Assembly: GCF_009914755.1 (NCBI RefSeq)
Contig: NC_060926.1
From: the human T2T-CHM13v2.0 reference genome, Homo sapiens
Length of the DNA stretch: 64,000 nt
Strand: one strand, 5' to 3'
Positions 27,651 through 43,226 of the stretch are shown here, one piece after another. The notes under the pieces were generated by a model that saw nothing but the letters and a program-made list of their open reading frames with translations, ran no database searches and was not told the DNA's origin. Position 1 is the stretch's first letter. Every line of letters begins with the position of its first letter. Made by a program: the position numbers and the translations under genes.

Positions 27651-28659
27651 TACATGTGATCTTGCTGCAAATTAAGTTCAAAATAAACAAAGACATGTTT
27701 TAGGGAAGAAGTACTTGAACTCTTCTGTGGGTTACAGAATCACATTAAAATGAATGGGTAGAACACAGATACTTATTCAACTGGATGTTCATATACTTCC
27801 TGTACGAACAAAGCTTTGCCTAAATTACTTTTTAAAACATCATCACAATAGATGTATTAGGAAGATATTCTTCTTTCTCTTTTCCGGATAAAGAAATTAA
27901 GTTTTCAAATCACACATGGGGCTGTGGTGTTAAGACTCCAGCTGTGTGTGATTCCTGTCCTATCTGTCTGACTACAAAGCACATACTCTTTTGTGTTACA
28001 CAGTGTAACTGTCAAAAAATGTAATATCAGAAAAACTTCAGTTTTCAGAAGAGCCCTCTCACACTTTGTGTGGAGGTGGTCTGAATGGTATAAAACACCC
28101 TCTTTTTAAGAGTCACAGGCTGGGCTAATAGATATGACTGCTGCTCATGTGGTGACCTTAGACAGCCCTTTTCTCCTCTACAAAGTGAGAAGGTAGAGTT
28201 AGATGACTGCCAAGGTCTTCTCCAGCCCCAATGTGAGGACCTTATTGAGCTCTTCTTGACTCAAGTATCCATTGGCCAACGCAAACTTGCCTAAGGCTCA
28301 AGGACTCTTCAGTTTCAGAGTGTGAGTGAAGAGGAAAAACACACCCTGACAGACAGAGAATGAGCCACTTTTGTCCCAGCACTGATGAACTCCATCACGG
28401 TCACTCAACTGGGGGTGCTGGCATCCTCATCTCAAGCCAGTTTCCTGAAAGTCAAAACTTGGAGATCATCCCACGCCGAGAGCATTTTTTAAGGGGCTGA
28501 TGAAGCAACAGGGCCGTTCTTCAAAAAAAGGGGATGGCCTAGGTCTGGAAATTACTTCCTTCTTTCAGTAAGAAGGTTACCATGATGGTTAATCAACTGT
28601 AAGGTCTTATGAAAATTAATCAGTAGATCCAAGTTGGGCAATATGCCTTGCTTTATGAA

Positions 28660-28895
28660 ATTGATCATGATAGAATGGGAAAACCATGGGATTTACAGTC
28701 AAATGCAAGTTGTTATCCTGGCTTCTTGTCATCTTATGAGCTGTGTAATCTTGGGACAAGGTAGTGGACTTCTCAGATACTTCATTTATATATTTTTATA
28801 ATATATAACGATATTTACCCTGCATGATTTAAAGATAAAATATGTAAAATTAATACATATAAAGCTCCTGACAAAATTTGGCTCAATGAATATTA
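28660..28895 (+). mobile_element. MIR SINE
   Basis: atcctggct...agctgtgtaatcttggg...gctcaatgaatattag. Confidence 0.7.
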
Positions 28896-29985
28896 GGGCA
28901 TGTTGAGAAACAGTCAATCTGTAGGGATTTTATATGGCAATAATTGTCCATGTGGACACGTCTACCTATCTCTTTTCCACTTCCTCTATATGACCTCTGA
29001 CCTTCAGCCTCCTTAGAATTTGTAGAGTTGGAAACTGAGCTAGCCCAACGTATCACTGGGGTGAGAGTAAGCTGGAGCTCGGGTTCTGAAATGTCCGTCT
29101 GGAATGGGTGAGGCCCTATGGAGAAGAATGACCATGAGCTGCAAATCTACAGAATGGGACAGGGCAGGGGTCCTATGATTACAGATCTGAGATGCCAATA
29201 GAAGGGGAGGAGGAAAAACAAGCTGAATGTCAAGGGAACAAAACAAGGATAAGGCTGGAAAGACACCAGAGAGTGAGAAAGTTACAGTCACAGATAACTC
29301 TCCAATGTGCTTATAATTCTCATGGTGTTATTTTATAACCTCCTTTTCAAGGTTTTCATGGCGGAGTCAGACCCTCCCCTAATATTTCAGTGACTTCTTT
29401 CTTCCTAAGTCCCCTGTGTTCCCTGCCCTCTGAAACTCAGCCTCTTTTATCAGAGAAGTACATGGTCTGACTCTGTAACTTCATCACTTGAAGTAGTAAG
29501 GACTATTTTAGCTCCTTGTCCTGATGGGAACCCGGTGTGGCTTTTCCATGGGGAACAAGGCTTCTAGCAAAAGTTGTCCTTTGGGAAATACTTTAACCTA
29601 GAATGTTTCTATCTTGCTATATTTAGAGCGAGTACAAGCAGATGTATTCTTATCTTAGATAAGCTGGGTAAGACATGAGCAGGATCTTAATTTGATGTGA
29701 ATCATTTTTTTCTTTTGATTGTATCTGATCTACATGCCTGTGGGTATGGTTGAGTTCTGATTTACATGGGCTGGGTGGGTTCCTCTATTGTTTTTCTGAT
29801 GTTCTCCGTGGAGCTCTAAATTTTAAAAGGCATGTCTTAGAGGTAATATGTGGCAAAGATCTCCAAGTCCCCCTACTCTAGTTCAACTGGAGGATTTCAC
29901 TTATATCCATTCTGTATGATAGCCTTCCATAAACAATTTCCTTGAGAAAAAGGTTTAAAAATCATTGCCCTAAATGGATTCTAGA

Positions 29986-30478
<493 letters not shown>

Positions 30479-30749
30479 ATTTCTAAGAAATGTTGATGGA
30501 TTTTGCTTTGACTCTGTGAGCAGTCACTGGAGTGTCCTAAAGTGAGGAGGTGTGAAACAACATGGTGTTTAGTGTTCAGGGAAGAAATGCAACTATCTCA
30601 GTAGGACTGGACCAAAGGATGATTGTGGATCACAAGGTAGTTGTGGACAGAATGGTAAAGATGAAAGTCAGATTATAGTGGGTAAAGGGATGAATTTTCA
30701 TAGAGGAAACAAAGGTAATTAAGTCACCTTTTCAAGTAAAAATATAGCA

Positions 30750-31295
30750 GGTTATATGTTTCAAACATAATCATAACCATGCTTCTCATCCCACATGTTC
30801 TTCTTAAGATGTAACTGTGACTCTTTTCCCACTGAGGAGGTGGGGTTTGTGCTCCCTACCCTTGAATGGAGACAGGTTTCTCACTGAAGTGGAGTGACAT
30901 CAGGTGACTTCTGAGGCTAGATCACAAAATGCCATACAGCTTCCACATGGCTTCCCTGGGACATTTGCCCTTGAAATCTAACTGTCATGCAGAGAGGAAG
31001 TCCAGACCTTCCTGTGCAGAGAGACAACATGCAGAGGTAACACGCAGAAATTCCAGCTAACAGCTATGCTGAGGTCCCAGCCCACAGGCGGCCTCAATCC
31101 ATAGACATGCGCGGCAGGAGATGGTTCCAGGTGATTCTACTCCTCCAGCTGCAGAGTCAACCCTCCTCCCCCATGCTTCCCCTAACAATTCAAATCTTTC
31201 CAGCCAAAGTACCAGACATTGCAAAGCAAAGACAAAACCTCTCCAATCTGTCTTGTCTGAATTCCTTACCCACTGAATCCAGGAGCATAATGAAA

Positions 31296-31330
<35 letters not shown>

Positions 31331-31388
31331 ACACGCGCTGAGGCCACTGCATTTTGGGATTATTTGTTACACAGCTGTGGTAACTAGA
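30750..31388 (+). mobile_element. MLT1H-like MaLR LTR with (TG)n at ~31298-31327
   Basis: gtgacttctgaggctagatcacaaaatgcca...ttttgggattatttgttacacagc...taactag. Confidence 0.75.
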
Positions 31389-33094
31389 CCTTTAATGTGC
31401 TTAGAATAATCGAGGGAAGGTAATTTTAAGCCATGTCTTCTTTTTGGCAGAAGGCAGTCTAACTCATCCTGAAAATCTTCCCATTACTCTGTGAGTTCCA
31501 AGCAAGGAAGAATGACAAGATAACAGAGGCAAGAATGAGAGTGAACATTCTTGGGCTTGGAGAAAGTGTGTAGTCACTGGTCCCTTTGCAATGAAAAGGG
31601 ATTCTTCCTCCTCTCAGGCGGGTGGGAGGGAAGAGAGCAAGCAGGAAGGCATGGGGGAAAGAAGAGAAAACTCCTTTGGGAAGGTGGTACAGCCACGGAT
31701 GGAGAACTCAAGCTTTGCGTCACACAAAACTTGGTTAGAATCTTGACTAGCAGCGGCTGCGTCATCTAAAACCTCTGGACTTCAGTTTTCTCATCTTTAA
31801 AACTGGTATAGTAAAATATATATATCACATTATGTATTGTGATACGTATATGTGAAAGTGCTTTATACATTACAAAGGGTCATACACAAATAGTTCTCAA
31901 TATACTTAGAAGAACAAGACCTGGCACTTATGAATATTGCAGAATGAATATGTCAACTACTATTGATATACAGAATAGTGCCTTTTCTTAGTTTACCAAC
32001 TCTTACAATAAATCAGTACCTCCCATATCTTAGAATTAAATAAGTAACTACAGATAGGGATTTGACTCATCTTATTTTTTTCTTTAAAAGCTATGAACAA
32101 TCATCTGTCAAGGAATTAGTTTTAAAAATTCAGAACGAATTACAGAGAATTGAAGTCAACTAAGACGTCTGACTCAATTGTTCATACAAGTGATAAAGTG
32201 GAAACAAAACAATTGGAGTGGGCTTGTTCTTCATGTGGTGTAATTCACCAAATTCTGGAGTCAGTTAAATTGGAAGAATAGAAATGTGAGATTTGTGCTT
32301 ATATTTTTTGTTTAGTTTTTGCAAAACAAAACAAATCTGTGTATTTATGATATTGTATTTCTGAACTGGGTGGGGGGGCTCCAATCTTTTATTTCCACTT
32401 ATTTTCTATACACGCCTTTGAAAGTAGCTTGGTTTTGTATATTGTATACAAAGGCAGAGAAGGGCGGCCCGCTTTCCTTCCTCGCCTCCTCCCACCCAGC
32501 CTCTAAATAAGTGTGAGCTAGTCACTACCATACATGTGGGTGGTAACTCTGTTCTTGGTTCAGGGAGAAAAAGAAGCACAGGCAAGTAAGAGAGGCTTTT
32601 TAGCAAGTTGTGGACTTGAAATCTTGCATCTGTAATAATCCAGGGAAAATGTTAACAAAGTCAACAATGGTTAACATATAATAGAGACAATCATACTTGG
32701 TAATTGCTACATGGTGTTTTGCACAGAGAAGGCACCCATTGCAAACTCTGTAGCCATTTTGTGAAAGGCTTAATTTCTAACTGTGAATGCCAAGTGATAC
32801 CTGGAGTGGCAATGTTTTTTTGTTTTTTAAATAATTTTTTGCTTTCCTTATGCTTGCTCTTCAGAATTTCTGCAATGATTTCAGAAATTAGAGCATTTAA
32901 AAATGCATATCATGGACGGTAAAGAAAAAACACCTGATAATAAATATTTGCAAAACATTTTCAAAACTATATATTTTCGTAATTGCTGACAGTCTTGTGA
33001 TATATATAATTTTATGAGGTATCAATAGGGGAAAAAAGGAAATCTAACTCAATTTGGATGTTTGATCTATTCCCATTGAACTTTGCTTGCTCAA

Positions 33095-33409
33095 ATTTTA
33101 TTTATTTATTTATTTTTAAATTTGTATTTATTTATTTTGAGTCTGAGTCTCGCTCTGTTGCCCAGGCTGGAGTGCAGTGGCCCGATCTCGGCTCACTTCA
33201 AGCTCCACCTCCCAGGTTCACACCACTGTCCTGCCTCAGCCTCCTGAGCGGCTGGGACTACAGGCGCCCGCCACCACGTCCTGCTAAGTTTTGTAGAGAT
33301 GGGGTTTCACCATGTTAGCCAGGATGGTCTCGATTTCCTGACCCTGTGATCCACCTGCCTTGGCCTCCCAAAGTGCTGGGATTACAGGCGTGAGCCACCA
33401 CGCCCGGCC
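33095..33409 (-). mobile_element. AluY SINE
   Basis: Reverse AluY diagnostics; shortened middle A-rich linker. Confidence 0.95.
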
Positions 33410-33893
33410 TCAACTTTCATTTTAACATGTACAAGCATTGTCCTATGAGGTACTCTTTTACTTACTACCATTAAATTGATTTAGTAGCTCTATTCCCTAC
33501 TATTCAAGCCTATGGGTTCATTGGTGACTACTTTTTGCCACCACAAAAAGACAAAGTAATAATCAAAGGGCTGCAACATTCTCAGATGTCATCTATATTT
33601 ACAGATATTGGAAGTAGACTAAGTCATTTAGCAATGCAGGAAGTACTGAGGGTCTCGGACTCAGACAATAATATCCGTATTTCGTGAAGGGGCTTCCTTT
33701 TGCCTTCTGTCTTGGCATGAGAAAATAGAAATGTTGCCTTTGGCCCTGGAATCTTTATGAACATATTTCTTGAGAAGTATCAGGGATATTGAGTAGAGTC
33801 AACTACTATGCGTTAGTGTCTGCGCATGTGTTCAGTAGGTGTATTGACTAGGTATGAGGCTGAATGGACACTTTAAGTATCTTTAAGAATTGT

Positions 33894-34220
<327 letters not shown>

Positions 34221-34484
34221 CTATTATACTCCTGAGTCTACTACATTCATTATCTCTTGTATTTCTTAAAACTGCTTTTAAAGTGAAACATATCCTGTTG
34301 TACTAATAAGGAAACCAAGCTTCAAGGAGACTAAATAATTTATCTTAGTTTAAATAGATAATAATTAATAGAGCCAGAAATCTTAAATCTGTCTGACTGA
34401 TCTGCATATATAAATAGAAATCAAATTGACTGAGCAATCTTTGCACATTAATACTATGGTGAACTACAAATATCTATAGTGCAA

Positions 34485-35088
34485 CTGGCAGAATACTAGC
34501 TTTCCAAAGATGCCCACAGTCAGATCCCTGTGAATACGTTACAGTCTATGGCAAAGAAGACTTTGCAGATGTGATTAAGGTTATAGATTTTCAGGTAGGG
34601 AAATGATCCAGGTGGACTCAACCTTATCACACGAGACCTTGAAAGCAGAGTGCTTTTTCAGTTTGAGGTCAGAATGCAACAGAAGTCAGAGAGATTTAAA
34701 GTGTGAGGGAGACTTGGCCCACCATTGTAGAAAGGGTACCCTATGGAGAGCATGAGAAGGTAGACAAACAGCTTCTAATAGCAAAGATGGGCTCCCAGCT
34801 GACAGCCAGCCTCCAGGAAACGGGACCTCCAGGGGTACAGTTGCACAAACTCAGTTCAGCCAGCAATGTGAAGGGCTTGGAAGTAGATTACTTTCCAGAG
34901 CTTCCAGAAAGGAGTACAGTCCTGCTGGCACCTTGGTTTTGGCCTTGTGAGATTCTAAGCCGAAGACCCAACTAAGCCATGCTGCACCCAGACTTGTGCC
35001 ATACAGAACTGTGGGATAATAAATAGTTCTTGTTTTAAACTGCTGCATTTGTGGTAATGTGTTATGGCAGCAATAGAAAATGAATACA
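34485..35088 (+). mobile_element. MLT1D/E MaLR LTR
   Basis: atggcaaagaagactttgcagatgtgattaag...gttatggcagcaatagaaaatgaataca. Confidence 0.85.
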
Positions 35089-36363
35089 TGAAATCTGAGA
35101 TTTGGGTGAGTGTGTTTGCGTGCGTGTGTGTGTGTGTATCCACTACATTTTTACATTTAAATGCAGTCAATGAAATATCCATAGAGTCTTTTCTCATTTC
35201 CTCCTAGTAATACAATTCTAAGATTCCATTTTACCTTTATGTAATTTTAGCTCAAAAAGCCCAAAGGCTGTAATTACTGAGGAGGGATAATAAGGTATCT
35301 AATATATGCTACCTAAAGAAAATTGGACATGTTAATTTTCATGGAGAATCTCCAGTGAATTTCCCAAGAAATTTCGTTTTCTAGCACCTTTCAGCCCACA
35401 GCAATTTGCATTTTGGGAATTTGTAGCTGGAACAATCAAGAGTGTGATGGTTACACAATCATTTTTCAATGAAAAGTTCATCACTGCCTCACCTGCAGTG
35501 GGATGCAAGGAACTCAAGACAGCCTATCTTTCTGGAAAAGTAACTGTCCAGTTTTGGGATTAAATGATAACCTTGGCTTCATTGACTACTTCTGGCCACG
35601 TGGGAGCTACTTCCCCTCTACCTTTGTCCTTTCTCCCATGCAGTCTTGTACTGAAGATATTTGTGCAACTTTACCTCTTCTTCTACATCATATGCTTCTT
35701 GGTAGCAGAGAGTGTCTCTCCCAGTTGTGTATATGCCGGCAAGAGCCTAGAATCTGGCCTTTTGGTAAATGCAAGGCAACTTATATAAAATATTGAATGC
35801 TTTGCCCATGCAGCCATCCAGTTCTCTTACTATATGCCTTTGGCTTTGCTAGTCTCTAGGGATGCGTTGATGAATCTGAGATATGTTTTCTGCTCTCAAG
35901 GCTGTCTCAGGTAAATGAGGGCACAGATGCAAAAACAAAAGTTTATGACCCAATGGGACAAGTGTTATAACTTGTGAAAATGCAGAGTGTTTAAAGCACA
36001 GAGAGAAAGAATCGCTACTTACTAGAGGGAGAAGGGACTGTCATCTAAGGAGTTGCAGCAGAAACAAAATTCAAGCCTCACTTCGTATCTTAAAGGATGA
36101 AGAAGTAGGAGCCACGAAGCATAAATGGACATAGCCTGAGTAGTTTGGTGAACATAGGGAAGTGGTAGGAGATGAACAGATTTTGGGGCATGAGACTTTA
36201 TGCTGAGAACCATAGGACTGGAGAGATAGGGCCGTATCTACACATCAAAATCTAGATGGATGGAACCAGGTGGCTGTGCAGGAAAGATCCAAGGGAAGCC
36301 AGAGGGGTCATGAGAACCACTGGGGAGCTGCTGCCGTATTGTAAGGGAAGAGATGGAAGCTAA

Positions 36364-36748
<385 letters not shown>

Positions 36749-37935
36749 CTAGATATGTAGGTGAGAATCAACAGGAAAATATTAAATTTTCAATGGGAAA
36801 GTATAATTAAGCATTTTGTTTGGTGACACAAAATAAAAGATGCCAAGCAAAGCCGTGGCTATCTTTATTGAATTCAGCTCAGTTTAATGGAAACTCCTTG
36901 GTGATTGAAATAAACCAATTCTGTCTATTATAAAAACAAACAAACAAAAAGGGACACCCCTGTTTTACCTGAGCTTCTCAGTGCCAACAGAAGCGAATGC
37001 ATTAACTGAAAGCATTCAGAGACCAGAAACAATGTGCATTGGCTGGAAATGAGCTAAGAGCTCTCCACTGAAAGGATTTGCTTTCACCGCCACCATTAGG
37101 AACTTGCTCCTGAGTCAGAGTGAATGTGAATTTGAATAGAAACTCATTGTACCTGAACACGATCTCTGGATGGGTTTTACCACAACCAAGATGAGGATGA
37201 AAAGGGGATATCTGAAGATTGCAATGAAAGGATAGGAATAAAAACAACAACAGGAAAAATTTATGGCATTGCAGGTCAGATCTGACCAGAATTCTGTTTG
37301 TGAAAGTAATTCTATAGAACCCAGTGAAAGTGGAGAAGAGGGGACCGAGCTTCCTGCTCTTGGGCTGTTTTATAGTAAATGATCTATATTAGTACTTGAT
37401 TTTTTAAGTATTATTCATAACGGACTAGCTGTACCTTTAAATGTTTCTTAAACCAGAAAAAAAAGATGTGTTCCTGTAAATAAAACTATCACTCCCACCT
37501 GGAGAGTGGGGAAACCACTTCAGTTCCATTTCAAATAAATGTACAAATGAATGAATGACTTCCCAGTTGTCAAGGATCACTAAGAGTTAATTCTTCATGA
37601 ACATCAGGTATCACCCTCCAAAAAGTGCTAAGACTTTTAAATTACTTCATTTTTTTAAAGCATGATTTTAAATTTCCTAGTTGATAGAATGTGTCTTCTT
37701 ACAAAACAACTTACAGCTCTTTTTCTCCATATTTCAAGGCTCCTTCGATAATTTTGCTTGAAGTTTTGTTTGAAAATCATAAAAGTTATGAAGTGGTAAA
37801 GGTCTCAATTACTACTCAGTCAAAAAACAAACCCAGATACCACTTTAGTTATTTTGAAAAGAAAGAATTTAACATAGAGAATTGGTTTCAAAGGTACTGG
37901 AAGAAATGAAGGAGCAGAAAGGGAAGGTTAGGTAA

Positions 37936-38994
37936 ATAATTCTTAAAACTCAACAATAGGAAAGAAAAAAACCTGATTAAAAAATAGGCAAAGGATCTAA
38001 ACGGACACCTCATCAAAGAAGATGTATAAATAGCAAATAAGCATATGAAAAGATGTTCTGCATATAACATTGTGGAACTGTAAATTAAAACTGTAACGAG
38101 AAACCACTACACACCTATTAGAATAGTGAAAATTCAAAACATTGATGACAAGTGCTGGTTAGAATGTGGAGAAACAGGAACTCTCATCTATGGCTGGTAG
38201 GAATGAGAAATGGCACAGACAGTTTACAACACAGTTTAGCAGTTTCTCTCAAAGCTAAACGTACTCTTAACATAGGATCAATCTAGCAATCATACTTCTT
38301 GGTATTTACCCAAAGGAGCTGAAAACGTATGGTCACACAAAAATCTACACATGAATGTTTAAAGCAGCTTGATTTATAATTCCTAAAACTTGGAATAAAC
38401 TAAGATGCCCTTCAGTAGGTGAATGGATAAATTGTGATGTATCTAGACAGTGGAATATTATTCAGTGCTAAAAAGGTGAATGGATAAATAAATTGTGATA
38501 TATCCAGACAATGGAGTATTATTCAGTGCTAAAAAAAAAAATGAGCTATCAAGCCATGAAAAGACAGGGAGGAAACTTAAATGCATATTAAAAAATGAAA
38601 GAAGCCAATCTAAAAAAGTTACATATGTATGATTCTAACTATATGAAATTCCAGAAAAGGCAAAACCATGGCGACAGCAAAAAGCTTGGTGGTTGTCAGG
38701 GTTTACGAGAGAGGGAGGGGCTGTGAGCGGTGACTCACGCCTGTAATCCTAGCACTTTGGGAGGCCGAGGCAGGCGAATCATGAGGTCAGGAGTTCGATA
38801 CCAGCCTGGCCGATATGGTGAAACCCCGTCTCTACAAAAATACAAAAACTAGCCGGGTGTGGTGGCATATGCCTGTAATCCCAGCTACTCGGGAGGCTGA
38901 GGCAGGAGAATCGCTTGAATCCGGAGGCAGAGGTTGCAGTGAGCCAAGATCGCACCACTGCCCTCCAGCCTGGGCGACAGAGTGAGACTGTCTC

Positions 38995-39025
<31 letters not shown>

Positions 39026-39368
39026 GAGAGAAGGACGAATAGGTGGGTGGAGCACAGAGGATGTTTTTGGCAGTGAAATTACTCTGTATGATGCTGTAGT
39101 GGCAGATATATGTCATAGTACATTTTGTGAAAACCCACTGAATACATACCACCAAGAGTGACCCCTAATGCAAACTACAAACTTCGGATGATAATGATGT
39201 GCCAGTGTAGGCTCATCAGTTGTAACAAATGTACTATCTGGTGCGGGATGCTGACGGTGGGGAAGGCTGTGCAAGAGCGTGGACAATGGGTATACAGGAA
39301 CACTATGTTCTGCTCAGTTTTGCTGTGAACCTGAAACTGCGCTGAAGAATAAAATCTATTTTTACAAA
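37936..39368 (+). mobile_element. L1MC1-like 3' end (interrupted by an Alu)
   Basis: aactcaacaata...gacacctcatcaaagaagat...accaagagtgacccctaatgcaaac...gtgaacctgaaactgc...AATAAAA. Confidence 0.85.
38719..39021 (+). mobile_element. AluSg-like SINE
   Basis: ATCATGAGGTCAGGAGTTCG, A tail, TSD AGAGGGAG. Confidence 0.95.
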
Positions 39369-41379
39369 AGCGGGGCGGGGTAGACGACCCCAAATTTGTA
39401 ACTCTAGGAAGTTGCTACCATTCCTGGGGTTATAAGAAGAAAGTGGAGATGGTTAGGATAATGGTACCCAGAGCCCACAATCACTGTGCAGCCAAGGAAC
39501 AGTGTGACTGCCATCACCCCTGCTAGAACACTGCAGAAGCCCACATAGTCATGGAAGTCCCCTGCTCTGGGCCAACCAGCACCTTGCTGTTGTTAGGATC
39601 ATTCTGTGAGGTCAGGCATCCAGGGATTTCATCCAGGGACTGTTGTGCCTCCAGCCCCTGTGGATGCCTTCACCACCAAAGATGCGGCTGGCTGGCAGAC
39701 AGAAGGAATCTAAACACAGCGCGACCTCTCCCAGCCTTCCAATCTGCAGGCAGCGCCCCAGCTTGGCAGGAGCTAATGGAAAGCCAGCTGGAACTGGAAC
39801 CCGGAATTGTAATTTGCAGACTTTCAGCTCTCCGCAGAGGAGAATTTGAAGGATTGGAACGGGGCTGAAAGCACACAATCAGTAAGGTCAAAGTTTGCGA
39901 GGATCTCTCCCTTTTTATTTCCGTTATTCTTATCCCTTCCAGACTCAGACTAAAAATTAATCAAAAAAATAAAAAGATTGGGGTAGCCACCACTGCCTGA
40001 GGGCCCACGATGCCTGCTGCCTTTTAAGTATTTTGCATTCATTATCTCAAATTTTTATAGGAAGGTAGACTTTGTTTTTACTTTTAAATCTTCATTAAAA
40101 GGGAAACGGTGACTGCAAGAAATTAAGTCACTTCACCAAGGTCAAAGTGCTCTTAAGTAGAAAATGGGGTAGGTGATCTGCCTTTCATCTGACATCAGGT
40201 TCTGTGCTGTTTTCATAACTTTCATAGCTCCAACCTAATCAGACACAGAATCTCATCTTTTTAAAAATATTTCCTAATGTTGTCACAAGAGTAGCTCCTG
40301 TTAAAAGATGTAAACAAAGACTAGCAAAATCAAAGCCACAGAACAGTAGTCTTGGGTGCAGTTATTTGGCTATCGACTCCCTTTTTCCCTGGAAACTTTA
40401 ACTTAATCTGACTATTTTTTCTCCCACCCAATATCGAGGGAATAGGTGACTAAAAACCTATATCAAAGAAATGAGAATGAGTTAACCCAGATTCGGTTGA
40501 TTGCTATTAGCAGTTACCTTTACTTCCTTTTCTACCTTAGTCCATCCACACACCCAAGGCCAAATGTCTAAAATTCCCTACACGCACAAAACGGGCCCGT
40601 TGCTCTGCTGGGGTTCTTGCCCTTCACTACAGGAAACATGGGTAGGTCTTCTCAATTAAATAGATGCATATGACACTGAAGGTACAGCGAGGGACATTGG
40701 ATGTGTTGGAAAATCCTGTAGTTCTATGGAAGAGGGCTCACTCAGCACATGAGTCAAAGACTTGCCGAGGGTGTATGAGGAAATTTTGCCACTAAATAGC
40801 AAAGGTCACTCTGCAAAATCCTGCAGGGGCTGGCATTTTTGGTTTCATGTATTTGTATGGTATGAGAAGAAGAAGGAATGAGTAGGGTGTGTGAATGGTT
40901 CTTTATAGTGGGCTATTGTGACTGTTTTAGAAGGAGGCTAAGAATGAAAGAAATGTATATAATGCATTAGCTAAGGCCCTGATTAAAATGGGTGGAATAT
41001 TTGTGTTTCGTGTGGGTGAGAGAGGCATGGGGCTTTTTTCTTTTATTTACCCCTCAACCAGTGTCACTGCGAGACCTGAGAACTTCAGATTTCTATTTCC
41101 TTTCAACCCCAATGTCCCTATCTGGCAATGGCAATATGTATTATGTTGCTCCATTTAATTCATGCAACATTACTGATCTCTTTCTATCCAATTTACACAA
41201 TGTTATACGTCTCTTTCTCATTATAAACTACTGTGGAGTTATAAAGTTGGATAAAGCAACTTGCCTGTCCTCAAAGAGCTTATAATCCTAGTAGTGGAGA
41301 AAAAGAGGGATGGCACAAAAAATTATGTTGCAAAATAAAACAATGAAAGTGCCACAAAAGAGAGGAGGAGAAATGAAAC

Positions 41380-41610
41380 CGTCAGCTGCTAAGAATTTTA
41401 TACACCAGACACTTTTATAGGGTGTCTCATTTAAACCTTATGGCATCCATTAATGTAAATAGTGTCATATCCTTTTCACAGAAGAGGAAAATGGGGTTCA
41501 AATAAGCAAAGTAACTTGTCCAGAGTTGCATAGCGAGGAGCCACTGGAGCTAGGTTTGAGGGCGGGTCTTCTGACCTCCACATCCAGAGTCATACTACTT
41601 CCAACATAGT
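41380..41610 (-). mobile_element. MIR SINE
   Basis: tctcatttaa...ttttcacagaagaggaaaatgggg...aagtaacttgtccagag. Confidence 0.75.
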
Positions 41611-42390
41611 GCTCCAAGATGAAATAAATGACAGAAATTTCACCTAGAAGGAGGAGGCAGGGGTTGAAAGTGGGAAAAGGAAAATGCTGGAATTCAACCC
41701 ATTTGAGACAAGATTTGAGAGATATGGAGGTTAGAGAGTGAGAGGCAGGATGTTCCAAGAAGAAGCAGCAGCAATGTGAGTAAAGAAACAGATTTTAAAG
41801 GACTCATGCAGAAGGCCTATTTAAAAGGAGCACAGGGTCCTGTTTGAAAGAACCAGCAATGTGAAGACCAAAGTCCAAAGAGTAAGAACCGAGGACCGGC
41901 CCAGAACAAAGAAGAGGGCAGCAGTGGGAAGAAGCGAGGGATAGAATCCATTTGAGGCTGCCTAGAGAAATTCTACAAGCCAAAGGGTCGTGATGAACTA
42001 CATCTGTTCACATTTATTCTCATGTTTTCTGTATGGTGGCCATTTATATTTCTCTTCTATTTTTGTCATATTAAGTCCATAGTTTTGGAAATTGAGAGTT
42101 CAAAAGATAAACAAATGCCCAACTTGTTTTGTCCATGGAATGTAATTTAAAAATCTACCTCCCTGGGCCATCAGTCTACTGATTGTGTTGAATATGGCAG
42201 GTGAGAGGAATTATAATGGTATCCCCTCACCTCAAATTTTATCTGTGATGAGATTCGGACCAAGAGTCTAGCCCCAAACAATACAGAGCCTTAATAGTGA
42301 GCCTGTTTGGGATCCCAGGCCTTCTAACACCAGATCTAATATACTTTGAGGTTCTCACCTGGTTTTTCATTATAAAAACAAAGTCATATA

Positions 42391-42743
42391 TAGTCATGTG
42401 TCCCTTAATGACTGGGAAACGTCTAAGAATGGCATCCTTTGGTGATTTCATTGTTGTGCAAACATCATAAGGTGTACTTAAACAAACCTAGGTGGTATAG
42501 CCCACTACACACATAGGCTGTATGGTATAGCCTATTGTTCTTAGGCTACAAGCCTGTATAGCAGGTTACGGTGCTGAATACTGTATGTAATTGAAATGCA
42601 ATGGTAAGTATAAGTATTTGTGTATCTAAACATGTTAATATAAAAAATACAGAAAAAATATCATATTATGATTTTATGGCACCACTGTCATGTTATCTAT
42701 GAGGTCCATTTTGACCAAAATGTCATTATGCAGCATATGACTA
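42391..42743 (+). mobile_element. Tigger3a
   Basis: Both termini (tagtcatgtg...catatgacta), TA flanks, ~350 bp. Confidence 0.9.
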
Positions 42744-43048
42744 TAGCTTATTTCCGTCCGAAAATGAGCACTGCTTTCTTTGTTTATAGTGCTCTATTTT
42801 GGGGGATATTCAGGTGCCTTTCCAGAGCAGATAGAGACAATCAAAGCAAGAGCAGCTTTCTGCATTATAGATGTGCCCTCTGAGGCCTTTGTTTTAGCTG
42901 CTGTGATCCAGCAACAGACAGAGATTGTGTGCCCATAGCTGGCTGCGTGTGACAAGGATTGTTCTGTCTCCGGGTGAGAGCAAGGCTTCCGTGAGCTGCC
43001 AGTTGGCAGTCCTGACAGCTGCCTATAGCAAAAACATCAGGGATAACA

Positions 43049-43226
43049 TGTAGGGAAATTACTGATTCATCTCCCATGAGCAAATCTCTGCACAGACAAC
43101 ACCAGAAACATTACTGCAAATTGCCCTTTATAATTCTTCACTTTATAATCAAATGTAGGCTTTTAGACATTTTCTGCCAATGAACACCTCGTGTAACACA
43201 TTAATTTGGGTGGGAGAGATAGATGG
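43049..43226 (+). repeat. Inverted duplication, source arm
   Basis: Reverse complement of 43800-43981. Confidence 0.95.

Larger units (their letters stand above)
37810..39885. mobile_element. Very old LTR-like element split by L1MC1 (pieces ~37810-37935 and ~39390-39885)
   Basis: accactttagttattttgaaaagaaagaatttaacatagagaattggtt and aagccagctgg...attgtaatttgcag resemble ancient ERVL/MaLR-type LTRs; family not certain. Confidence 0.4.
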
